Shown: in pieces, positions 27,183 to 34,908 of the stretch
Layout: the number at the start of each line of letters is the position of its first letter
Numbering within the stretch: the stretch's first letter is position 1
From: a bacterium
GTDB lineage: Bacteria > Patescibacteriota > Patescibacteriia > UBA1558 > UBA10009
Assembly (NCBI GenBank): GCA_018672055.1
Contig: JABHGM010000001.1
Coordinates: forward strand, 8,884-72,883
Reading direction: 5' to 3'
DNA: 64,000 nucleotides
The notes under the pieces: model-generated
The model's input: the letters and a program-made list of their open reading frames with translations, nothing else
Told to the model about the DNA's origin: nothing
Database searches by the model: none
Position numbers and translations under genes: made by a program

Positions 27183-28400
27183 CTAAAACTGATTAGCTAG
27201 GTTATACATTGGTAAAATAATAGATGCTACCATACCACCTACTGCTACACCAATTAAAACCATTATAAAAGGTTCAATTAAATGAGTCATATTAGCTACC
27301 ATATTCTCAATTTCTCTTGAATAAAAATCACTCACCTTATTTAATATATTATCTAAACGACCAGTTTTTTCACCAACCGCTAGCATGTTTGAAACAAGTT
27401 TAGGTACAATATCTGAGCGTAAAAATACCACAGCTACGCTATTCCCATCTTCCACCTCTTTAATAGTCTCTTCAATCAATTCCCTATATGCCATATTACC
27501 AACTACCTCAGAAACAATTTCTAAAGCTCTAGCAAGAGGTACCCCGCCTACTACCAAGGTAGATAAAGAACGAGTGAAACGAACTAAATAAATCATTTTA
27601 AATAGATTGCCAAAAATTGGTATTTTTAATTTAAAAGCATCCCATATAGATCTGCCTCTGGTCGTAGAAAGTAACCACTTAGTACCAAATATAATCCCAG
27701 CAATAACAATTATTAAAGCCCACCAATACTGCCTCATAACATGAGAAGAACCAATTAATACTTTAGTTGTAAAAGGTAGTTCAGAACCAGAAGCTGTAAG
27801 CATTGAAGTTAGTTGAGGAATCACAAAAATCATCATAGCGACACCGACAACAACTAAACCTGACATAATGAAAATAGGATAAATCATAGCTCCCTTAATC
27901 TTTGAAGTTAAATCATAATCCTTTTCTTCTTGATCAGCTAAGTACTCTAATACTTCATCTAATTTACCAGATGTTTCTCCTGACTTAATCATAGAAGCAA
28001 AGAACTCAGAAAAAACTTTAGGATATTTAGCAAGTGAGCCAGATAATTTAACACCATTCTCTACTTCGTCTGCTATATCTGATATTATTTCTTTAAAATG
28101 TTCACTTTCTGTTTGTTGAACAATAATTCTTAAAGATTGAACAACAGGTACATTAGCACTAATCATTACAGCTAGTTGACGTGCAAAAATTACAACTTCT
28201 TTTCTTTTAATTTTTCCTTTTAAAAAAGTAAAAGTAAAACCTTTTTCAGAATCATATTCAACCCTAGACACTTCTTCAATAGAAATTATAGCGATTCCTC
28301 TATCAATTAAAATATCGGCTGCTGTATTTTCGTCAGCAGCCTCAACAATACCTTGAAATATTTGTCCTGAAGGCTTCCTAGCCTTGTAATTATATTTCAT
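27183..28400 (-). CDS. pilC: Type IV pilus platform protein PilC (GspF family)
   Basis: 405 aa, two GspF repeats, three TM segments, conserved 'KYPKVFSEFF...IKSGETSG' and 'GEKTGRLD'-type motifs. Confidence 0.85.
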   Translation of the reverse strand: MKYNYKARKPSGQIFQGIVEAADENTAADILIDRGIAIISIEEVSRVEYDSEKGFTFTFLKGKIKRKEVVIFARQLAVMISANVPVVQSLRIIVQQTESEHFKEIISDIADEVENGVKLSGSLAKYPKVFSEFFASMIKSGETSGKLDEVLEYLADQEEKDYDLTSKIKGAMIYPIFIMSGLVVVGVAMMIFVIPQLTSMLTASGSELPFTTKVLIGSSHVMRQYWWALIIVIAGIIFGTKWLLSTTRGRSIWDAFKLKIPIFGNLFKMIYLVRFTRSLSTLVVGGVPLARALEIVSEVVGNMAYRELIEETIKEVEDGNSVAVVFLRSDIVPKLVSNMLAVGEKTGRLDNILNKVSDFYSREIENMVANMTHLIEPFIMVLIGVAVGGMVASIILPMYNLANQF

Positions 28401-28402
28401 AA

Positions 28403-29473
28403 TTATCTAAATAGCTTAGCAATAGTTTTGGGATCAGTAGCATACTTTGCAGCTTCTTGCTGATCAATACGCCCCATTCTAACAAGTTCTGCAAGTGACA
28501 TATCCATACTTATCATACCTTGAGCTCTGGATGTCTGAATTATACTTTCTAAATTTGCAAACCTACCATCTTTAATTAATGACTTACCAGAATCAGAAGA
28601 AGTAAGTATTTCTACAGCTAATGCTTGATCACCTTTAACATCTGGTATTAATTTCTGAGCAATAATACCTACTAAATACTTAGCTAATACATCACGTACC
28701 CATTTTTTCTTAGCTTCAGGGAAATCTGAAACTATTCCTTGAATACAAGAAATAACAGTATCATAATTCATAATAACTAATACTAAACGTCCTGATTCAG
28801 CCATTTCTAAAAGAGCTTCTAATGTTTTTAAATTATCAACTTCAGATAATACAACAACATTTATATCCTGATCACTTATACTTACTAAACCTTCAGTAAA
28901 TGAATTAACATCATTACCTATTTCTCTTTGTTCAATAAAACTCTGATCATTAATAAATAGATGTTCAATAGGTTTTTCTAAAAGCAATATTCTTTCTTTT
29001 CTACTTTTATTTATTTCATCAATAATAGCAGCTAACGTAGTGCTTCTACCCGAATTAAAAGCACCAGTAACAATTATCAAACCGCTGCTAGCTCTAGAAA
29101 AAGAACTAATTACTTTAGGTACACCTAGTTTTTCTAAAGATAATATTTGTCCTGTAATTAATTTTAAAGACACACTATGGCTACCCTTCTGTTTAAAAAT
29201 ATGTACCTTAAAACGAGCTTTATCTTTCCAAGGAAAAACAAATTTAATTTCTTTACGCTTTTTTAATAATTCTAATTGTTCAGCTGGTACAAAATACTTG
29301 ATGAGAGCATCTAAAAATTCTTTATTAACAACAGCAACATCAGGTAGTGACACTAACTTACCATTTACTCTAATAAATGGATTACTACCTATGTCGAAAT
29401 GAATATCTGTTGCTCTCCTCTCGGCTACGCTATTCAATATTTGATTAATAGTTGTTTCTACGGTTGTAGTCAT
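28403..29473 (-). CDS. PilT-like retraction-ATPase homolog with degenerate catalytic motifs (probable pseudo-ATPase)
   Basis: Collinear with PilT across its full length, but every catalytic motif is altered. Walker A GPTGSGKST -> GAFNSGRST. Asp box EDPIE -> EKPIE. Walker B region DPDIILVGEMRD -> DQDINVVVLSEVDN. His box GHLVFGTLHT -> GRLVLVIMNY. Confidence 0.75.
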   Translation of the reverse strand: MTTTVETTINQILNSVAERRATDIHFDIGSNPFIRVNGKLVSLPDVAVVNKEFLDALIKYFVPAEQLELLKKRKEIKFVFPWKDKARFKVHIFKQKGSHSVSLKLITGQILSLEKLGVPKVISSFSRASSGLIIVTGAFNSGRSTTLAAIIDEINKSRKERILLLEKPIEHLFINDQSFIEQREIGNDVNSFTEGLVSISDQDINVVVLSEVDNLKTLEALLEMAESGRLVLVIMNYDTVISCIQGIVSDFPEAKKKWVRDVLAKYLVGIIAQKLIPDVKGDQALAVEILTSSDSGKSLIKDGRFANLESIIQTSRAQGMISMDMSLAELVRMGRIDQQEAAKYATDPKTIAKLFR

Positions 29474-29518
29474 ATTAAATTAATTAAATAATTATATAAT
29501 TGACAAGCATTATATATA

Positions 29519-29893
29519 TTAAAAATTTTCTAAAACTTTTTTTATTTTAATAATTACTTCACTTGGTACAAAATGAGCTTTAATTAAAAAATCTTTAGCT
29601 CCAAGATCTAAACATTTATCTATATCTTCTTTTTGACTTAAATTTGATAATACAATAACTGGTATATTCATATTTTCACTTTTAAGCTTTTCTAAAAATT
29701 CAAAACCATTTAATTTAGGCAGAAGTAGATCAAGTAATATTAAATCTGGTTTTTTCTCTTTTATTATTCTTAATGCCTTTTCTCCATCAGATGCCAAAAT
29801 TACCTTATAACCTTCTATTTCTAGCTTAGAGCTATACATCTGTATTAAAAAGCTATCATCTTCTACAATTAAAATTTTATGATTATTAACCAT
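29519..29893 (-). CDS. Stand-alone response-regulator receiver (CheY/PilH-like)
   Basis: ILIVEDD...PDLILLDLLLP (phospho-acceptor Asp)...LSNLSQ...K; 124 aa with no output domain. Confidence 0.8.
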   Translation of the reverse strand: MVNNHKILIVEDDSFLIQMYSSKLEIEGYKVILASDGEKALRIIKEKKPDLILLDLLLPKLNGFEFLEKLKSENMNIPVIVLSNLSQKEDIDKCLDLGAKDFLIKAHFVPSEVIIKIKKVLENF

Positions 29894-29897
29894 TTAA

Positions 29898-31649
29898 TTA
29901 TTCTTCTTGCTTAGTTACTCTCAAAATTTCTTCAACAGTAGTTAAACCTAAGATTGCCTTCATCCATCCATCTTGAATAATATTAACAAAATTTTGTTTA
30001 ATTAACTCTTCCCTTACTTCTTTACCATTAAAGCCTTGAGCAATGATTTCTCTCATTCTAGTATTAATAATTATCATCTCAGCTATAGCAAGTCTTCCTT
30101 TATAGCCTGTGCCTCCACATTGACTACATCCTTCTCCCTTATGGAATTGAAAGTTACTATTTTCTTTAACTCCTTTATACCAAGCTTTTTCAGGTAATTC
30201 TGCTAAATCCTTTTTAACTTCAACTAAAACTTCTGGTGGAACTTCTTCTTTAACTTTACAATTTTCACAAATACGACGTATTAATCTTTGAGAAATTATT
30301 AAATTAAGAGTAGAAGCAAGTAAAAAAGCTTCTGCACCCATATCAATAAAACGAGGTACAGCACCAACAGCATCATTAGTATGCAAAGTAGTTAAAACAG
30401 AATGACCAGTTAAAGCAGCATGAATTGCTAATCTGGCAGTTTCTTTATCACGAATCTCACCAACCATAATAATATCTGGATCTTGTCTAAGTAGTGCTCT
30501 TAAACCAGCTACAAATGAAAAGCCTAATTCACTTCTTACTTGTGACTGATTAATGCCCTCAATATGATATTCAACAGGATCTTCTAAGGTAGAAATATTT
30601 ACACCATCTTTATTTAATTTAAATAATGCAGAGAATAAGGTAGTAGATTTACCAGAACCAGTAGGACCAGTAACTAAAAACATTCCATTTGGCTTTTTTA
30701 AATTCTTTTCCATCTTTTCAAGAGCATTACCAAAAAAACCTAACTCTTCGAATGTAGGTGCCTTATCTGGTGATTCTAAAACTCTAAGAACTACTTTTTC
30801 TTGAGTAATAAGAGGTATTAAAGAAACACGGAAATCAACATCTTTCTCGCCTACAGTAAGTCTAATACGTCCATCTTGAGGAATACGTGTTTCATCTATT
30901 TTTAAGTTAGAAATAACTTTAATACGAGAAACTAAAGCTGCATGAACATAGATAGGTAAAACAATTGAAGTATGTAAAATACCATCAATCCTGTATCTTA
31001 CTCTACTCTTATCTCCTTGTGGCTCTATATGTATATCTGAAGCACCGCCTTCAATAGCATGACGTAAAATAACGGAAACTATCTTAGAAACAGGAGCACT
31101 TTTAACAACTTGCTCAAGAGGTGTGGCATCACTAATGCTGGTACCAGATTTAGGAGCTAATTTTTCTTCAGCGAAATCTAAAGCTTTACCAACCTGCTCC
31201 TTAATACTTTCATAACCCTTGGCTGCGTTTTGAAAACTATCTGGAGATATGACAAAATATTTTACTTTTAAATTCTTTTTACGAGCCAAAAATTCAATAG
31301 CATCAATAGCTTTAAAATCTGAAGGATCTACTAAACCAACATCTAAATTATTACCTTCTTTATTAAAAACTATTACTTTGTAATTACGTGATAAATCTTG
31401 AGGGATAACTTTAAGAGCTTCTTCTTTAATTTTTTTGCCTTCCAAAAACTCATAAGGCATATTTAAAATCTGACCCTTTATCTTAGCTATAACTTCTGTA
31501 TTAGCAATAGCTGATCCATTTAAAAGTTTACTAAACTTTTCAGGATTAGCTTTTATCATTTTTAAATATTGCTTATACTCTTCAGGACTAATTGAATCTT
31601 GAGTCTTTAAAGCATCTAATAATTGTTTTTGTAATGATTTTTTTAACAT
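29898..31649 (-). CDS. pilB: Type IV pilus assembly ATPase PilB (GspE family)
   Basis: Intact Walker A GPTGSGKSTT, Asp box EDPVEY, Walker B DPDIIMVGEIRD, His box GHSVLTTLHTN, C-terminal tetra-Cys (CENCK...CSQCGGTGYKGR); 583 aa. Confidence 0.9.
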   Translation of the reverse strand: MLKKSLQKQLLDALKTQDSISPEEYKQYLKMIKANPEKFSKLLNGSAIANTEVIAKIKGQILNMPYEFLEGKKIKEEALKVIPQDLSRNYKVIVFNKEGNNLDVGLVDPSDFKAIDAIEFLARKKNLKVKYFVISPDSFQNAAKGYESIKEQVGKALDFAEEKLAPKSGTSISDATPLEQVVKSAPVSKIVSVILRHAIEGGASDIHIEPQGDKSRVRYRIDGILHTSIVLPIYVHAALVSRIKVISNLKIDETRIPQDGRIRLTVGEKDVDFRVSLIPLITQEKVVLRVLESPDKAPTFEELGFFGNALEKMEKNLKKPNGMFLVTGPTGSGKSTTLFSALFKLNKDGVNISTLEDPVEYHIEGINQSQVRSELGFSFVAGLRALLRQDPDIIMVGEIRDKETARLAIHAALTGHSVLTTLHTNDAVGAVPRFIDMGAEAFLLASTLNLIISQRLIRRICENCKVKEEVPPEVLVEVKKDLAELPEKAWYKGVKENSNFQFHKGEGCSQCGGTGYKGRLAIAEMIIINTRMREIIAQGFNGKEVREELIKQNFVNIIQDGWMKAILGLTTVEEILRVTKQEE

Positions 31650-31654
31650 AAAAT

Positions 31655-31987
31655 TTACTGTCTACCTTCTAATAAAAGATCTATAGGTGCAGGCGGAGCT
31701 TCAAACGGATTCTCTTTACCTACCCTACCTAGTTCTAAAGGTAACTTAACAAATGATCTAAGAGATTGATAAACAGAGTTAGAAAAAATATTATTATCAA
31801 ATGAGCTTATTGTATTATTAATCTTTTCAATTGAAACAGCATATTTACTACTCATTAAACCAAAATCTGATCCAAAATCTGAGTTAGATGAATTATTTGA
31901 AAAATAAATTAAAGTATAGCTAATAATACCAAATATAATAATAACTAGTACAATATTTTTTACTTTTGTATTACTTTTTTTAGCCAT
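31655..31987 (-). CDS. Small membrane-anchored protein occupying the pilP position
   Basis: 110 aa with a single N-terminal TM, between the pilO-like gene and pilB. No recognisable domain. Confidence 0.45.
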   Translation of the reverse strand: MAKKSNTKVKNIVLVIIIFGIISYTLIYFSNNSSNSDFGSDFGLMSSKYAVSIEKINNTISSFDNNIFSNSVYQSLRSFVKLPLELGRVGKENPFEAPPAPIDLLLEGRQ

Positions 31988-31988
31988 A

Positions 31989-32642
31989 TTATGGTATGTA
32001 AAAATATGTTCTAAGAGCTAAAGAATATCCAGACATGTCAGTACCTCCTGCAAAACTTAAAGCCATAACATCCATCAAACGTAAATGTCTTTCAATATTA
32101 GCTAATAGTCCTTTTAATTTAAAATAATCCCCTCCTTGTACACTTAAAGTAATGTCCAAATAATGAATACCTGATGCAAATTGATCGTATTCGTCATCTT
32201 TAAAATCAAAATCATCTTCGTCTTCGTCTGCGCTAAGTAAAGACCCTTCAGCAATATCAATAAATGACAAAGAAAAACCACTGGATAAAGTAACTGCTTC
32301 AAGCTGAGCCATTAAATTAGGTACTTCCGCCTCTGATGGCAAAACTTCATTTAACTTATTAATATTACTAAGTTGTTTATCTTTAAATTCTGATACTGTA
32401 GTATCTAAATTTTTTAAATTATTATAGTAAGTTTCTAATTCACGTAATTCTTGTTCTTTTTGTTCTAGTAAACCACCTTTTTTTTGATTTATTGATTCTA
32501 TTTTAGGAATTAATACAATTAGAACCATCATAATGACTACTATAACAAAAGTAATATATTTTGAAATATTAAAATACTTATTTAATAAAAAGTTAATTTT
32601 ATTTATTTTCTTAACTTGTTTTTTTCTATCTTCTAAAGGCAT
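31989..32642 (-). CDS. PilO-like pilus assembly protein
   Basis: N-terminal TM followed by a coiled-coil region (QKKGGLLEQKEQELRELETYYNNLKNL), then a periplasmic-type domain. Gene order is pilM-pilN-pilO. Confidence 0.55.
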   Translation of the reverse strand: MPLEDRKKQVKKINKINFLLNKYFNISKYITFVIVVIMMVLIVLIPKIESINQKKGGLLEQKEQELRELETYYNNLKNLDTTVSEFKDKQLSNINKLNEVLPSEAEVPNLMAQLEAVTLSSGFSLSFIDIAEGSLLSADEDEDDFDFKDDEYDQFASGIHYLDITLSVQGGDYFKLKGLLANIERHLRLMDVMALSFAGGTDMSGYSLALRTYFYIP

Positions 32643-32644
32643 AA

Positions 32645-33565
32645 TTAAAATGAATAAAAAACATCTCCTACTAATTCCAAAGAAATATTAAATGATATTG
32701 TACCCCCTATATTATTACCAGCAGCAGCACTTATTTCTACTAAAGCTATTTCGGGAGAATCTTGGAAAACTTTATACTGTCTAGCAACATTAGTATAACT
32801 ATCAGTATTAGCAGACAAAGCAACTATCCCGTCAGCTGATGCAGAGACATTAGAATAATAGACATCATCAATAGTAATTTTTTCTAAAACTGCAAAAACT
32901 TTAGTCCAATAAATATGAACTTTAAGTAAAGCATCGACTATTTCTAACTTTTTACCTATTATTTCTGCCTCTTGTTTTGTTTCTTCAAATTCAGCTAAAA
33001 CTTTTTCTCCTTCTTCAACATTAGTAATTATTTTATCTCCCTGCTTCTCTATAGCTGTGCCATAGACTGTTAAACCAATATAGAAAATAATAGTTAAAAT
33101 TAAACCAGCTATTGCATATAAACCAAGAGAAATATATATTTTTTTATTTGGTATTAAATATGTGCCTTCAGGAATTAAATTAACATCTAGTTCTTCTAAA
33201 ACTGGTTCTTCATGTAATATACCTTCAGTTACTTTAGGCAAGCTACTTGATATATTATTTTTTATAACATTCTGAGTTGGTTCATCAATTACTTTACGTT
33301 TCTTTTTAAATAATGATTTAAAAAAACTTGGCTTATTACTTACCCTCTTCTGTTTTTTAGTTAACGGTCTTTCTTCAATCTTAAACTCTGGTACCACGAT
33401 ATCTTCAATTGGTTTTGGCTGTGAAGGAGCAGGTGTCTTTACTTCTTGTTTTTCAGGTACATGAAATTCAACAGGAGCTTCTTTTTTAAGAGCTTGTTTA
33501 AATTTCTCTTCATCTTTTCTTAATTCATCAGGTAAAAGATTTATATTGTCTAAATCATCAGCCAT
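32645..33565 (-). CDS. PilN-like pilus assembly protein with a long K/E-rich N-terminal extension
   Basis: TM helix (LGLYAIAGLILTIIFYIGLTVYG) followed by a PilN-type region; sits directly after pilM. Confidence 0.55.
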   Translation of the reverse strand: MADDLDNINLLPDELRKDEEKFKQALKKEAPVEFHVPEKQEVKTPAPSQPKPIEDIVVPEFKIEERPLTKKQKRVSNKPSFFKSLFKKKRKVIDEPTQNVIKNNISSSLPKVTEGILHEEPVLEELDVNLIPEGTYLIPNKKIYISLGLYAIAGLILTIIFYIGLTVYGTAIEKQGDKIITNVEEGEKVLAEFEETKQEAEIIGKKLEIVDALLKVHIYWTKVFAVLEKITIDDVYYSNVSASADGIVALSANTDSYTNVARQYKVFQDSPEIALVEISAAAGNNIGGTISFNISLELVGDVFYSF

Positions 33566-33573
33566 CTTTTTAT

Positions 33574-34761
33574 TTATATATCTCGCATAGCAAGGCCAAT
33601 AGCTACAGCTAAACGAGTGCCTACTTCATCTAAAACTGGTTTTAATTCTTCAGGATAAACTACTCTATCCCAAGGATTACCAATAATAGTTGGTTTATTA
33701 AATATCTCTGTAAAATAATCAGATAGGTTAGGTAAAAAAGCACTACCACCAGATAATACTATTTTCTCAACACTTGAATTTCCTTGATTTTGATATAGGT
33801 CGAAAACATATTTAACTTCATTAACAATTGGACTCAAACTATCAGTTATAACCTTAGGAATACCCTTGCCCTGAACATTAACGCCCATACTTATACCAAT
33901 ATCTCGTTTAAACTGCTCTGCTCTCTCAGGAGTAACATTTAAACTCTTACTTATTGCTTGAGTTATAGTATAGCCACCAACATCAATAGATCTATTTAAA
34001 ATAGGTACGCCTTTTTCAATAATACAAATATCAGTTGTTATAGAACCAACATCTATAATAGTAACAGTGGCTTCATCTACGCCCATTAAAGACCTAGATA
34101 AAGCAAAAGCTTCTGTTTCTAAACTAATTAATCTAAGCCCTGCTTTTTTAAATATATCAATATATCTATTTACTAAATTCTTAGGAGCAGCTGTTACTAA
34201 AATTCTTAATTGTTTTGGAGATTTACCTTTAAAAGTTTCAGGACCATCCTTTTTAATATCTTTCTTATCAACTTCTTTTTCTTTCTCTTTTTCATCACTT
34301 TTAGTCTCTTTCTTTTTAAAGAAAGAAAAACCTTTTTTAGAATCATCTTTTTTAGTATCTTTATCAGAAGCCTCGCCAGTAATGATTTTCCAATCCAAAA
34401 TCATTTCATCCATAGGTAATGGTACATATTTTTTAGCTTCCCATTTAACAGCTGAAGCTAAATCCTTAGTAGGCATTTTAGGCAAGGTAATAATTGAATT
34501 AAAAACAGAAAATGTAGGTAAAGCAGCTATAGCATTAGTAGAAGTAGCACCTGATGATTCAACTAATTTTTTTAAAGACTGAATTATCTTTTGCTGAGCT
34601 TGAGGTGTAGTAGAACGTATAATATCAGTAGCAATATCAATATAGCCATAGGTAACAAGCCTAGGTTTTCCACCTTCATTTTTAAGTTCAACTAGTTTTA
34701 TACTAGCTGTACCCACATCTATACCTAGATATCCAGTTTTTGAACCACCAAAAATAGCCAT
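33574..34761 (-). CDS. pilM: Type IV pilus assembly protein PilM (actin-like ATPase fold)
   Basis: N-terminal 'YLGIDVGTASIKLVELK' and C-terminal 'IVLSGGSAFLPNLSDYF' actin-fold motifs. Contains a K/D/E-rich low-complexity insertion. Confidence 0.85.
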   Translation of the reverse strand: MAIFGGSKTGYLGIDVGTASIKLVELKNEGGKPRLVTYGYIDIATDIIRSTTPQAQQKIIQSLKKLVESSGATSTNAIAALPTFSVFNSIITLPKMPTKDLASAVKWEAKKYVPLPMDEMILDWKIITGEASDKDTKKDDSKKGFSFFKKKETKSDEKEKEKEVDKKDIKKDGPETFKGKSPKQLRILVTAAPKNLVNRYIDIFKKAGLRLISLETEAFALSRSLMGVDEATVTIIDVGSITTDICIIEKGVPILNRSIDVGGYTITQAISKSLNVTPERAEQFKRDIGISMGVNVQGKGIPKVITDSLSPIVNEVKYVFDLYQNQGNSSVEKIVLSGGSAFLPNLSDYFTEIFNKPTIIGNPWDRVVYPEELKPVLDEVGTRLAVAIGLAMRDI

Positions 34762-34831
34762 AATTTATTTATATCTATAAATTACCCAATTAAGGTAATA
34801 ATTGGGATAAATTAGCTTTTCTTCTGTCTAT

Positions 34832-34840
34832 ATTATAACA
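34832..34840 (-). promoter_or_regulatory. Extended -10 element (TGtTATAAT on the minus strand) upstream of pilM
   Basis: Plus-strand 'attataaca' is the reverse complement of TGTTATAAT, ~70 nt upstream of the pilM ATG. An 8-bp inverted repeat (cccaatta/taattggg, 34776-34797) lies in the predicted leader. Confidence 0.4.
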
Positions 34841-34908
34841 TAAATTGAGTGATTTAAAAAGAAATAAAAAAATAAACTAGTAACAACTAATTTATTTTAA
34901 TAAATATA

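Noticed and set aside
23554-34582. Antisense ORFs within pilus genes (23554..23748, 27385..27591, 29040..29402, 34067..34582, 34210..34419)
   Set aside because: Each overlaps a strongly supported pilus gene on the opposite strand. 34067..34582 is the antisense of the K/E-rich PilM insertion.
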